Origin: Paracoccus suum
Lineage (GTDB): Bacteria; Pseudomonadota; Alphaproteobacteria; Rhodobacterales; Rhodobacteraceae
NCBI RefSeq assembly: GCF_003324675.1
Contig: NZ_CP030918.1
Coordinates: 600,001-632,000 of the forward strand
Reading direction: 5' to 3'
Length of the DNA: 32,000 nucleotides
Made by a program: the position numbers and the translations under genes
Notes under the pieces: generated by a model
The model's input: the letters and a program-made list of their open reading frames with translations, nothing else
Databases searched by the model: none
What the model was told of the DNA's origin: nothing
In this document: piece by piece, positions 7,194 to 15,997 of the stretch
Layout: the number at the start of each line of letters is the position of its first letter
Position numbering within the stretch: position 1 is the stretch's first letter

Positions 7194-9950
7194 CTAGAAC
7201 TGGTCCAGCAGCCGCCGCAGGTAGCTGCGTTCGTCCTCGGGCCGGGTCAGCTCGCCGCTGCGGCGGCGGATTTCGTCGAGGAGCTCGTGCGCCCGGCGGG
7301 CAGGGTCGCGGCCGGTTTCAGGCAGGCCGTCGCCGGTGGTGACGGTGCTGCCGCTGCCGGTCGTGTCGCGCCCCAGCGGGTCGGTGGGAGGCCGCGGCAG
7401 ATAGGGCATAGGGGCCTGGCCGGGATCGCTGCGGCCGCCGGGCCGACTGCCCTCGGGGCCCTGCTCGGGCGCGCCCTCGGTTTGGCCCTGACCCTCGCCC
7501 TCGCCCTGCAAACGGCCGAGCGCGCGCAGGCCCTCGCGCATCGCCTCGATGGCTTCCGCCTGGCGGTCCATCGCCCCGCCCGGATCGCCGCCGCGCAAGG
7601 CATCCTCGGCCTCGCCCATGGCTTTGCCGGCGCGATCGAGTTCGCGCCGCGCGGCTTCGCCCTCGTCCGAGCCGGGGCCGGGCAACATCCCCCGCTGAGT
7701 GCCGAGCTGGTCGCGCAAGGCCCGTTGGCGGTCAGCGAGGCCTCCCGGGCCGTCGCCCCCCGGCTGGTCAGACTGGCCCTCGCCCGGTTGGCCGCCGCCC
7801 GGCTGACCTTGCACTTCGCCCTGTCCGGACTGGCCCTGCCCGGATTGACCCTCGCCGGTTTGGCCCTCGCCGGTTTGGGCCTCGCCGGTTTGGGCCTCGC
7901 CCGACTGACCCATGCCGGGCTGCTCGCCGGCCATACCGCCGGGCTGCCCCGCCTGCCCGGAATCCCCGGGTGTTCCCATGAAATCGTCCTGCAGCTGGCG
8001 CATGGCGTCATCTGCCAGCCGCTGCTGCTCGCGCAGCGTGTCCGCCAGGCGTCGCTGCGGGCTGCCCTGGCCGCCCTCGCCGCCCTGGCCCTGGGTGACC
8101 TTCAGGTTTTCCATCATGCGGTTGAACTGCTCCAGCAGCTCTTGCGCCTCGGCTGTCCGGCCTTCGTTCATCAGTCGCTCGATCTCATCCATCATCGCCT
8201 GGATCTGATCGCCGGTAATCTTTTGGCCGGGCTGGTTCTTTACGAATTTCTCGTTCGGATCGGCCTCGCCCTGCTCGGCCAGCATCTGTGTATAGGCGTC
8301 GGTCGCAGTCTTCAGATCGGACATCAGGCGCTTGATCTCGTCAGGTGTCGCGCCGTTGCGGATCGCCTCGGACAGGCGTTCCTGCGCGCGCTGCATCGCC
8401 TCGAGTGCGTCGGCAAGGCCGCCGTCCTCGATCTGAACTGCCGTGTTCCACAGCACCTCGGCGATGTCGTCGCGTACCTGCGGGGTGATCGAGACGTATT
8501 CCAGCTTGCCGATCACGCCGCGCAGCGCGTCGACGGCCGGCTGCTCCAGCAGGCCCTGCGGCTGCCAGCTGATGGCGCGCAGGATCTGGGCGCTGCGGCC
8601 GGCATTGGTGCGCGACCACAGCAGGTCACGCCGGACCTCGATCAGCGCAGCGGCAAGCGGGTCAAAGAACCGGCGGCCGGGCAGGATGGTATGCATGGGC
8701 GGCGCCTCGGCCTGCTGGTCGATGCCATCGCGTGCGCGCAGGCTGACCGTCACCGGCAAGTTGGCCAGCGGATGACGCGAGAGATCGGCGATCAGGCTGC
8801 CCTTGATGTCGGTCCGGCTACCGCGGGCCGGCAGCGGCAGCGCGAGAACCAGCGGATCGCGGGGGTCGGGATCGACGGCCAGCCCATAGCGTCGGTCGAC
8901 CGCGGCGAGGTCCAACACGACGCTGGCCTCGGCCGAGACCACCCCGTTGTCGTCACCGGCAGTGAAGGCCTGCACCAGGCGGCCATCGGCACGCCGCTGG
9001 GGCGCGGCGCCGGCAGCAATCACCGGCGGATCATCGGGCAGCACCTCGACCGCAAAGCGGCGGCCGGCAACGGTGATCGCGCCGGTGTGTTCGGCGGTGA
9101 AGACAGGCGCCTCGGGCGGGGTGTCAGCAGCGGCGGGGCCGATGTCCTGCGTCAGCCCGGCGTCGCCGCCATAAAGGCGAAAGCTGACGCGGCTGCCCTT
9201 GGGCAGGCGCAGCACCTCGTCCTCGGGCAGGGCGCTGAGGTAGATGACCGGGCGGCGAGTGTATTCCGGCGGGGCGGCCCACCCCTCCCAGCCGGGGCCG
9301 ACGGCGGGGGTGCGGCCCAGCGGGCCGCCGAGGGTCGCTGCAATGGCGCCAAGCCCGTGGCCCAATTGAGTGGTGCTGCCGAACAGCACCGCCATTGCGA
9401 GTGCAGTCAGTGCCGCCAGCCGCAGACCGATCGGATCGCGCCGGGCAAGGCCCGGCCGGGGCCGCGCCGGCCGCGCCCGTTGCGCCGCTTGCCACATCTG
9501 CACGCGATGCGCCTGCCACAGCGCCGCGCTGTCGCCGTCGCCCGCACCGACGGCAATCTCGTCCCCGAGGGCCGAGAGCGGCCGCCCCGGAAGCGCCGCA
9601 TCGACCCGCGCCTGCACGGCACCCGGGCTGGGCCGGCGCAGGCGCCACAGGCCCCAGGCAATGGCCAGCGCCAGCAGCGCGAGCCAGCCTGCCACGACCC
9701 AACCCAGTGGATCGGGCGCCAGCAGGTTGCCCGCGCCAAGCGCGAAGGCTGCGATCCCGAGCGCGGCCCAGACAAAGGCCAGCCACAGACCGCGCGCGAT
9801 CCCCTCCCACCACATGCCCCATCGGGTCAGGCGAAGGGCGCGCAGGGCCTCGCGCGGGCGCATATCAATATTGGGCGGAGACAGCGCCTTTGGGCCGTCG
9901 TCGGCGGTCGGGGCCGGGGAATCCCGGTGGGGTTTTCCGGCTATAGCCAT
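7194..9950 (-). CDS. Large alphaproteobacterial membrane protein of unknown function (TIGR02302 / DUF4175-like, Gln/Gly-rich low complexity)
   Basis: 918-aa ORF with ATG at 9950-9948. It has 2-3 N-terminal TM helices (GLWLAFVWAALGIAAFALGA, WVVAGWLALLALAIAWGLW). A long soluble region carries coiled-coil-like acidic stretches (EIKRLMSDLKTATDAYTQMLAEQ, MDEIERLMNEGRTAEAQELLEQFNRMMENL) and G/Q/E repeats. This matches the published description of TIGR02302. The start overlaps the lysA stop by 10 nt. Confidence 0.8.
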   Translation of the reverse strand: MAIAGKPHRDSPAPTADDGPKALSPPNIDMRPREALRALRLTRWGMWWEGIARGLWLAFVWAALGIAAFALGAGNLLAPDPLGWVVAGWLALLALAIAWGLWRLRRPSPGAVQARVDAALPGRPLSALGDEIAVGAGDGDSAALWQAHRVQMWQAAQRARPARPRPGLARRDPIGLRLAALTALAMAVLFGSTTQLGHGLGAIAATLGGPLGRTPAVGPGWEGWAAPPEYTRRPVIYLSALPEDEVLRLPKGSRVSFRLYGGDAGLTQDIGPAAADTPPEAPVFTAEHTGAITVAGRRFAVEVLPDDPPVIAAGAAPQRRADGRLVQAFTAGDDNGVVSAEASVVLDLAAVDRRYGLAVDPDPRDPLVLALPLPARGSRTDIKGSLIADLSRHPLANLPVTVSLRARDGIDQQAEAPPMHTILPGRRFFDPLAAALIEVRRDLLWSRTNAGRSAQILRAISWQPQGLLEQPAVDALRGVIGKLEYVSITPQVRDDIAEVLWNTAVQIEDGGLADALEAMQRAQERLSEAIRNGATPDEIKRLMSDLKTATDAYTQMLAEQGEADPNEKFVKNQPGQKITGDQIQAMMDEIERLMNEGRTAEAQELLEQFNRMMENLKVTQGQGGEGGQGSPQRRLADTLREQQRLADDAMRQLQDDFMGTPGDSGQAGQPGGMAGEQPGMGQSGEAQTGEAQTGEGQTGEGQSGQGQSGQGEVQGQPGGGQPGEGQSDQPGGDGPGGLADRQRALRDQLGTQRGMLPGPGSDEGEAARRELDRAGKAMGEAEDALRGGDPGGAMDRQAEAIEAMREGLRALGRLQGEGEGQGQTEGAPEQGPEGSRPGGRSDPGQAPMPYLPRPPTDPLGRDTTGSGSTVTTGDGLPETGRDPARRAHELLDEIRRRSGELTRPEDERSYLRRLLDQF
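7821..7910 (-). repeat. Six tandem 15-bp units inside the TIGR02302-like CDS, encoding pentapeptide repeats (GEAQT/GEGQT/GQGQS)
   Basis: Plus-strand units read directly: ctgtccggactggcc, ctgcccggattgacc, ctcgccggtttggcc, ctcgccggtttgggc, ctcgccggtttgggc, ctcgcccgactgacc. They are in frame, and two units are identical. Confidence 0.85.
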
Positions 9951-11206
9951 GCCGGGATGCTATCACGCGCCAGCATCTCATCGAGGCTGGGACGCGCGCG
10001 AATGACGGCGAAGTGATCGCCGTCAACCAGGACCTCGGGCACAAGCGGGCGCGAGTTGTACTCGCTCGCCATAACCGCGCCGTAGGCCCCGGCCGAGCGG
10101 AACGCGACCAGATCGCCCGCCTCGAGCGGCGGCAGTTGCATCGCCCGGGCAAAAGTGTCGCCGGTCTCGCAGACCGGACCGACCACATCCAGCGGCGCGA
10201 CGGCGGCACCCGGCGGGGCCTCGATCACCGGCACGATGTCATGGTGGGCGTCGTACATTGCCGGGCGGATCAGGTCGTTCATGGCGGCATCAAGGATCAG
10301 GAAATCGCGGCCCTCGCCGCGCTTCAGCCAGATCACCTCGGAGAGCAGGATGCCGGCGTTGCCGGTGATGTTGCGTCCCGGCTCGACCTCGATCTCGCAG
10401 CCCAGATCGCCGACCGCCTCGCGGATCACGGCGCCCCACTCCATCGGCAGCGGCGGCGCGCTGTTGTCGCGGCGATAGGGAATCCCGAGGCCGCCGCCCA
10501 TGTCGAGACGGCGGATGTCGTGTCCGTCGGCGCGCAGGGTCCGGGTCAGGTCGGCCATGCGCGCATAGGCCTGGCGATATGGCTCCAGATCGGTCAGCTG
10601 GCTGCCGATATGCATGTCGATCCCGACGACTTCGATGCCAGGCAGCGTTGCCGCCTCGGCATAGACATCGCGGGCCCAGGCCAACGGGATGCCGAACTTG
10701 TTCTCCGACTTCCCGGTGGCAATTTTTGCATGGGTGCGGGCATCGACATCGGGATTGACGCGCAACGCGATCGGCGCGCTGCGGCCCATGGCATGCGCGA
10801 CCTCGGACAAGGCCCTCAACTCGGGTTCGGATTCGACATTGAACTGGCGGATGCCGCCTTCAAGAGCCGCGTGCATCTCGGCGCGGGTCTTGCCAACGCC
10901 AGAAAAGACGATGCGCTCGCCCGGCACACCGGCGGCGCGGGCGCGGGCGTATTCGCCGATCGAGACGACGTCCATCCCGGCGCCAAGATCACCCAGCAGC
11001 TTCAGCACTGCCAGGTTGCTGTTCGCCTTGACCGCGAAGCAGACCAGGTGCGGGCCCCAGTCCAGCGCCTGGGTCAGTAGGTTGAAATGGCGGCGCAGGG
11101 TGGCCGCGGAATAGACATAGACCGGCGTTCCGACCTGCCGCGCGATGTCGCTTAGGGCCACGCCCTCGGCGTGCAGGACGCCGCCATGATAGTTGAAGTG
11201 ATCCAT
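9941..11206 (-). CDS. lysA: Diaminopimelate decarboxylase
   Basis: 421 aa from ATG 11206-11204; the track start at 11209 is a GTG one codon upstream. The fold-III PLP decarboxylase pattern is present (TPVYVYS, FAVKAN, HIGSQ, GGGLGI, CETGD, GAYG). Confidence 0.95.
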   Translation of the reverse strand: MDHFNYHGGVLHAEGVALSDIARQVGTPVYVYSAATLRRHFNLLTQALDWGPHLVCFAVKANSNLAVLKLLGDLGAGMDVVSIGEYARARAAGVPGERIVFSGVGKTRAEMHAALEGGIRQFNVESEPELRALSEVAHAMGRSAPIALRVNPDVDARTHAKIATGKSENKFGIPLAWARDVYAEAATLPGIEVVGIDMHIGSQLTDLEPYRQAYARMADLTRTLRADGHDIRRLDMGGGLGIPYRRDNSAPPLPMEWGAVIREAVGDLGCEIEVEPGRNITGNAGILLSEVIWLKRGEGRDFLILDAAMNDLIRPAMYDAHHDIVPVIEAPPGAAVAPLDVVGPVCETGDTFARAMQLPPLEAGDLVAFRSAGAYGAVMASEYNSRPLVPEVLVDGDHFAVIRARPSLDEMLARDSIPAWL

Positions 11207-11234
11207 CACACCCCGATTGCGGCGGCGCCGGCCG

Positions 11235-11498
11235 TTACAGCACGGGGCGCGAGCGCATGAACAGATATAGCGGCAGCGCGCAGCCCATGCCCAGCAGCAA
11301 CGCCGGCCAGGTCAGCAGCGCCAGCCAATTGCGCCGGACCATCACCTCGAGGCCCGACCAAACCACAAGCACGAGCGCCGCAACCCCGTCCGAGGCGGCG
11401 TGCGGCAGGTGGGGCGGACCCGCGAAAAGGGTCAGCGCCGCCCCCGCCAGCGCCGCCGCGAGCCAGAAGACCCGCAGCGGCGTCAGCTCAGAGATCAT
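11235..11498 (-). CDS. Small integral membrane protein (C-terminal half resembles DUF2834)
   Basis: ATG at 11498-11496 ([26 protein letters not shown]...) inside ORF 11235-11612 gives 87 aa. The protein is hydrophobic and ends in ...GMGCALPLYLFMRSR. The start lies within the last codons of the upstream lipoprotein gene (ATGATCTCTGA). The Arg/Pro-rich upstream part of the track ORF looks non-coding. Confidence 0.55.
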   Translation of the reverse strand: MISELTPLRVFWLAAALAGAALTLFAGPPHLPHAASDGVAALVLVVWSGLEVMVRRNWLALLTWPALLLGMGCALPLYLFMRSRPVL

Positions 11499-11643
11499 TC
11501 GTCCGCATGCCGATGGACGCATCGCCGCTGACAGTGATCCCGGGCGCAGGCGCCGGGTAGGCAGTCGGCTGGATCGGCGGGCCGCCGACGCCACAGGCGG
11601 CCAGCGTGGCACAGGTCAGCGCCGCCAGAAGCAGGGTTTTCAT
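11488..11643 (-). CDS. Small lipoprotein (LptM/YifL-like, LPAM-type), 51 aa, not in the ORF track
   Basis: Hand translation of the minus strand gives [51 protein letters not shown]. It has a signal peptide with lipobox LAAC followed by G-x-x-GP. ATG 11643-11641 overlaps the argH TGA (ATGA). Small lipoprotein genes next to lysA are known in other proteobacteria (for example lppL in Pseudomonas). Confidence 0.7.
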   Translation of the reverse strand: MKTLLLAALTCATLAACGVGGPPIQPTAYPAPAPGITVSGDASIGMRTNDL

Positions 11644-13058
11644 GCCAGTCGTTCCTTCCATTGCGCGATCTGCTCGCGCACACGCACCGGGGCGGTGCCG
11701 CCGTAGCTGGTCCGCGAGGCGACCGAGTTATCGACCCCCAGCACGGCGTAAATTTCCTGGGTGATCGCCGGATTGACGGCCTGCATCTCGACCAGGGTCA
11801 GTTCGGGCAGATCGATTCCGCGCGCCTCAGCCTTCGCCACCAGCGCGCCGGTCGCGTGATGCGCCTCGCGGAACGGCAGGCCGGCCTCGCGCACCAGCCA
11901 GTCGGCGAGGTCCGTCGCGGTGGAAAAGCCCGCGCCGGCCGCGGCCGCCATGGCGTCGCGGTTGACGGACAGATCGCGCAGCATCCCCTCCATCGCGGCC
12001 AGCGCCAGCATCAGGCTGTCGGCGGCGTCGAAGGTCTGCTCCTTGTCCTCCTGCATGTCCTTGGAATAGGCCAAGGGCAGGCCCTTCATGATGGTGAACA
12101 GCGCTACCGTCGCGCCGAGAATCCGGCCGATCTTGGCGCGGATCAGCTCGGCTGCGTCCGGGTTGCGCTTTTGCGGCATGATACTGCTGCCGGTGGACCA
12201 TTTGTCCGACATCGCGACAAAGCGGAACTGGGCGCTGGACCAGATCACCAGTTCTTCGGCAAGGCGCGAAAGGTGCATGGCGCAGATGCTGGCGGCAGAC
12301 AGGAATTCCAGCGCGAAGTCACGGTCGCTGACCGCATCGAGGCTGTTTGCCATGGGCCGGTCGAAACCGAGGGCCGCGGCGGTGGCGCGGCGGTCGATGG
12401 CAAAGCCGGTCCCGGCCAGCGCGGCGGCGCCCAGCGGGGATTCGTTCATCCGCGCTCGGGCGTCGCGAAAGCGCGACAGATCGCGGCCCCACATCTCGAC
12501 ATAGGCCATCATGTGATGGCCCCAGGTCACGGGCTGGGCCGATTGCAGATGGGTAAAGCCCGGCATCACCCAGTCCGCGCCGGCCTCGGCCTGCGCCAGG
12601 GCGGCGGCGATCAGCGCCTCCAGCCCGGAGATCGCAGCGTCGCACTGATCGCGCACCCACAGGCGGAAGTCGGTCGCCACCTGGTCATTGCGGCTGCGCG
12701 CCGTGTGCAGGCGCCCCGCAGGCTCGCCGATCAGGTCCTTCAGCCGCGCCTCGACATTCATGTGAATGTCCTCAAGCTCGGGGCGGAAGGTGAAGGCGCC
12801 GGCCTCGATCTCTGACAAGACGGTGAGCAGGCCTTCCCCGATCGCCTCGGCATCGGTAGGGCTGATGATGCCTTGTGCGGCCAGCATCGCCGCATGGGCC
12901 CGACTGCCCCGGATGTCCTGGGCGAACATTCGTTGGTCGAACCCGATCGAGGCATTGATCGCCTGCATGATCGCGTCCGGCCCGGCGGCAAAGCGTCCGC
13001 CCCACATGCTGTTGGCCCCGGTATCCGGCCGGGGCGGGGTGGCGGACTGGTCGGTCAT
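11640..13058 (-). CDS. argH: Argininosuccinate lyase
   Basis: 472 aa from ATG 13058-13056 ([28 protein letters not shown]...), within the 598-aa track ORF. The fumarate-lyase family signature [12 protein letters not shown] is present and the protein is collinear with ArgH. An alternative ATG lies at 13007 (MWGGRF). Confidence 0.93.
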   Translation of the reverse strand: MTDQSATPPRPDTGANSMWGGRFAAGPDAIMQAINASIGFDQRMFAQDIRGSRAHAAMLAAQGIISPTDAEAIGEGLLTVLSEIEAGAFTFRPELEDIHMNVEARLKDLIGEPAGRLHTARSRNDQVATDFRLWVRDQCDAAISGLEALIAAALAQAEAGADWVMPGFTHLQSAQPVTWGHHMMAYVEMWGRDLSRFRDARARMNESPLGAAALAGTGFAIDRRATAAALGFDRPMANSLDAVSDRDFALEFLSAASICAMHLSRLAEELVIWSSAQFRFVAMSDKWSTGSSIMPQKRNPDAAELIRAKIGRILGATVALFTIMKGLPLAYSKDMQEDKEQTFDAADSLMLALAAMEGMLRDLSVNRDAMAAAAGAGFSTATDLADWLVREAGLPFREAHHATGALVAKAEARGIDLPELTLVEMQAVNPAITQEIYAVLGVDNSVASRTSYGGTAPVRVREQIAQWKERLA

Positions 13059-13083
13059 CGCAGGTCCTTTGGAAGGTAAATAC

Positions 13084-13644
13084 ATGGCTCGGCTCGTCCT
13101 TATCACGGCGCTTCTCGGCTTCGCAAACCTTGCCCTTCCGGGGGCCGGCGCGGCGGGTGCGGTCGACTGGGACGCCGCCCGCGCCGCCGGTCTGCCGAAG
13201 CTGGCCGAGACAGCCGAGCCCGCACTCGCGCCCGACATTCCCTTTCTTGACAAGGACGGCGCCAAGGTCCGCCTGGCCGACTGGAAGGGCAAGGTCGTGC
13301 TGGTCAACTTCTGGGCGACGTGGTGCGCGCCCTGCCGGGCGGAGATGCCCTCGCTCGACGTCCTGCAGCGCGAGTTGGGGGGTGATGATTTCCAGGTCGT
13401 GACCATCGCCACCGGCCGCAACCCGGTTCCGGCCATCGAAAAGTTCTATGACGAGATCGGCGTCAAGGACCTGCCCATCCTGCGCGACGAGCGCCAGCAG
13501 CTGGCCCGTGCGATGGGCGTTCTGGGCCTGCCGGTGTCGGTGATCCTCGACACCGAGGGGCGCGAGGTCGCGCGCCTGATCGGCGATGCCGACTGGTCGT
13601 CCGAGGCCGGCAAGTCAGTCATCATCCAGCTGACAGCGCCCTGA
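13084..13644 (+). CDS. TlpA-family periplasmic thiol:disulfide oxidoreductase (thioredoxin fold)
   Basis: ATG at 13084 with GGAAGG 7 nt upstream. It has a signal-like N-terminus ([23 protein letters not shown]) and the active site WATWCAPC. Confidence 0.8.
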   Translation: MARLVLITALLGFANLALPGAGAAGAVDWDAARAAGLPKLAETAEPALAPDIPFLDKDGAKVRLADWKGKVVLVNFWATWCAPCRAEMPSLDVLQRELGGDDFQVVTIATGRNPVPAIEKFYDEIGVKDLPILRDERQQLARAMGVLGLPVSVILDTEGREVARLIGDADWSSEAGKSVIIQLTAP

Positions 13645-14194
13645 CCGCCGCGTGACGCGGGCAAGTCACGACATGGTCGTTGACCATGCCCGTCGCCTCC
13701 ATGAAGGCATAGGTGATGACCGGCCCGCAAAAGCGGAAACCCTTTTGGTTCAGGGCTTTGCTCATCGCGCTCGAGGCGGGGCTACTTGTCGGGATCTCGC
13801 CCGGGCGGAAGGTGTTGTGGACGGGCGCGCCCCCGACAAAATCCCACAGGAAGGGGGCAAACCCCTCGGCCGCCTCGATCTGCAGAAAGGCGCGGGCGCC
13901 CCTGATGGCCGATTCGATCTTGCCGCGGTGGCGGATGATGCCGGGGTTTGCCAGCGCGGCGGTGACCTCAGCGTCGCCCCAGGCGGCCACGCGCTCGGGG
14001 TCGAACCCCTCGAATACCTCGCGGAAGGCGGCGCGCTTGCGCAGGATGGTGATCCAACTGAGGCCGGCCTGGAATCCGTCCAGCACCAGCTTTTCCCATA
14101 GCGCGCGCGGGTCGTATTCCGGCACACCCCATTCCTCGTCGTGGTAGGCGACATAGACCGGGTCGGTTCCACACCAGGCGCAACGATCCTCCAT
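13622..14194 (-). CDS. tag: DNA-3-methyladenine glycosylase I
   Basis: 190-aa ORF collinear with E. coli Tag (CAWCGTDPVYVAYHDEEWGVPE, GLSWITILRKR, GIIRHRGKI, VNDHVVTC). Confidence 0.92.
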   Translation of the reverse strand: MEDRCAWCGTDPVYVAYHDEEWGVPEYDPRALWEKLVLDGFQAGLSWITILRKRAAFREVFEGFDPERVAAWGDAEVTAALANPGIIRHRGKIESAIRGARAFLQIEAAEGFAPFLWDFVGGAPVHNTFRPGEIPTSSPASSAMSKALNQKGFRFCGPVITYAFMEATGMVNDHVVTCPRHAAVRALSAG

Positions 14195-14283
14195 TCGTTA
14201 AACTTCTCCGCAGTTTGGCGCTGCCGTTTACCGGCGGTTAGGGCAACCTGGGCTAAATGGCCCTGAGTGTGGGAGGCTGCCAG

Positions 14284-15105
14284 ATGGACGACGGACATGA
14301 CAGGGCATTAGGCAGCTCGCCTGTGGATCAGGCGATGGCCAAGCAGGCGCGGCTGACCATGGCCACCGTGCGCCGCGCGGTCGACCGGCGCGATGCGGTG
14401 CTGGCCTTCCAGCCCGTGGTCCAGGCCGACCGTCCGTCCCGCGCGGCCTTTCACGAAGGGCTGATCCGCATCATCGACGAAACCGGGCGGTTCGTGCCGC
14501 TGCGCGATTTCATGCCCCAGGCGGAAACCACGGACCTCGGCCGGCGCATCGACTGCCTCTCCCTGGCGCTGGGCCTCGAGGCACTGGCCGAAGATCCGGC
14601 CATGCGCCTGTCCATCAATATGTCGGCCCGATCCATCGGCTATCCCGACTGGCTGGCGACGATGCAGCATTTCACCGGCGGCGATGATCGCATCACTGAA
14701 CGGCTGGTCCTGGAAATCACCGAAAGCTCTGCCATGGACGAGCCGGAATTGGTGACGGGTTTCATGCGCGATTGGCAAGCGCGCGGCGTCAGTTTCGCGC
14801 TGGACGATTTTGGCGCGGGCTACACCTCTTTCCGCTATCTGCGCGATTTCAATTTCGACATGATCAAGGTCGATGGCCAGTTCGTCCGGGAAATCGCATC
14901 CCGGCCGGACAATCAGGTGCTGACCCAGGCACTCATCCGCATTGCCCATCATTTCGACATGTTCACCGTGGCGGAATCGGTCGAGACTGCGGATGATGCC
15001 GCATTCCTGATCCAGATGGGTGTCGATTGCTTGCAAGGCTTCTATTTCGGCGCGCCGACGATCGTGCCGCCCTGGCGCACGCCCAACGCCTCGGCCCGCC
15101 GCTAG
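14284..15105 (+). CDS. Stand-alone EAL-domain protein (probable c-di-GMP phosphodiesterase)
   Basis: EAL-domain motifs are present: EGLIR, SINMS (N), LEITES, DDFGAGYTSF, KVDGQF, AESVE, QGFYFG. I prefer ATG 14284, which follows GGGAGG with a 7-nt spacer. The track start at ATG 14257 has no SD. Confidence 0.85.
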   Translation: MDDGHDRALGSSPVDQAMAKQARLTMATVRRAVDRRDAVLAFQPVVQADRPSRAAFHEGLIRIIDETGRFVPLRDFMPQAETTDLGRRIDCLSLALGLEALAEDPAMRLSINMSARSIGYPDWLATMQHFTGGDDRITERLVLEITESSAMDEPELVTGFMRDWQARGVSFALDDFGAGYTSFRYLRDFNFDMIKVDGQFVREIASRPDNQVLTQALIRIAHHFDMFTVAESVETADDAAFLIQMGVDCLQGFYFGAPTIVPPWRTPNASARR

Positions 15106-15214
15106 GGCTTTGCCCGAGCCCAGAGTTCTTGCGACAAGCGCCAGCTACGACTTGCGCGATGCGCGACACCATGCCTCAATGAAGCCAAGGCCACTGCTTC
15201 AAGGGGGGAAGACT

Positions 15215-15940
15215 ATGGCGAGGGTTGCTATCGTAACCGGAGGGTCGCGCGGCATCGGCGCGTCAATATCCAAGGCATTGCAGGAGGCGGGTTATCACGT
15301 CGCCGCAAATTACGCGGGAAATGACGCCGCGGCCGAGGCTTTTACCTCCGAAACCGGGATCAAGACCTACAAATGGTCCGTCGCTGATTACGACGCCTGC
15401 GCCGAGGGCGTGCGCAAGGTCGAGGCGGAACTGGGCCCCGTTGACGTCCTGATCAACAACGCGGGCATCACCCGCGACGCGATGTTTCACAAGATGACCC
15501 CTGCGCAGTGGAAGGAAGTCATCGACACCAACCTGTCCGGCGTCTTCAACATGACCCACCCGGTCTGGGGCGGCATGCGCGATCGCAAGTTCGGCAGGAT
15601 CATCACCATCAGCTCGATCAATGGACAAAAGGGCCAGGCCGGCCAGGCGAATTACTCGGCCGCAAAGGCAGGCGACATCGGCCTGACCCGTGCCCTCGCG
15701 CAGGAGGGCGCGCGCGCCGGCATCACGGTCAACGTCATTGCGCCGGGTTATATCGGCACGGAAATGGTCCGCGCTATCGACGAGCGCGTCTTGGCAGAGC
15801 GCATCATCCCCCAGATCCCGGTCGGGCGGCTTGGCGAGCCCGAGGAGATCGCCCGCTGCGCCGTATTCCTCGCCTCGGACGACGCCGGCTTTATCACCGG
15901 CTCCACTATCAGTGCCAATGGTGGGCAGTATTTTACCTGA
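15215..15940 (+). CDS. phaB: Acetoacetyl-CoA reductase (SDR family, PHB synthesis)
   Basis: 241 aa from ATG 15215, preceded by AGGGGGGAA. It has TGGSRGIG, NNAG and the S...YSAAK catalytic pattern. The C-terminus GSTISANGGQYFT is typical of PhaB. The upstream part of track ORF 15020-15940 is not PhaB-like. Confidence 0.88.
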   Translation: MARVAIVTGGSRGIGASISKALQEAGYHVAANYAGNDAAAEAFTSETGIKTYKWSVADYDACAEGVRKVEAELGPVDVLINNAGITRDAMFHKMTPAQWKEVIDTNLSGVFNMTHPVWGGMRDRKFGRIITISSINGQKGQAGQANYSAAKAGDIGLTRALAQEGARAGITVNVIAPGYIGTEMVRAIDERVLAERIIPQIPVGRLGEPEEIARCAVFLASDDAGFITGSTISANGGQYFT

Positions 15941-15966
15941 CGCGTAAATACCGAGACATCTGCAGG

Positions 15967-15997
15967 GCGGCGTCCGCGAGGGCGCCGCTTTCTTTTT
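15967..15997 (+). terminator. Rho-independent terminator of phaB
   Basis: GCGGCGTCC-gcga-GGGCGCCGC forms a 9-bp stem with one G-U pair and a GNRA-type loop. TTTCTTTTT follows immediately. Confidence 0.8.

Noticed and set aside
7300-8000. Periodic G/C-rich repeats that could be mistaken for a CRISPR-like or intergenic repeat array
   Set aside because: The units are 15 bp, contiguous with no spacers, and in frame inside a long CDS. They encode Gly/Gln/Glu pentapeptides, so this is coding low complexity rather than a CRISPR array.
7287-10016. 909-aa plus-strand ORF covering the whole TIGR02302-like locus
   Set aside because: It is antisense to a protein with clear TM/coiled-coil architecture. 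Its translation is Arg/Ala/Gly/Pro-rich with no recognisable motifs, as expected of a shadow ORF in GC-rich DNA.
13059-13436. N-terminal extension of the 598-aa argH track ORF, and the 12766-13083 extension of the tlpA-like ORF
   Set aside because: The extensions overlap the neighbouring real gene and do not resemble ArgH or TlpA. The internal ATGs at 13058 and 13084 have SD sequences and give family-typical N-termini.
15020-15214. 65-aa N-terminal extension of the phaB track ORF, and the similar 90-aa extension of ispB (17245-17514)
   Set aside because: The extensions are Arg/Pro-rich and non-homologous. The internal ATGs (15215 with an SD, and 17515) give family-typical N-termini and lengths.
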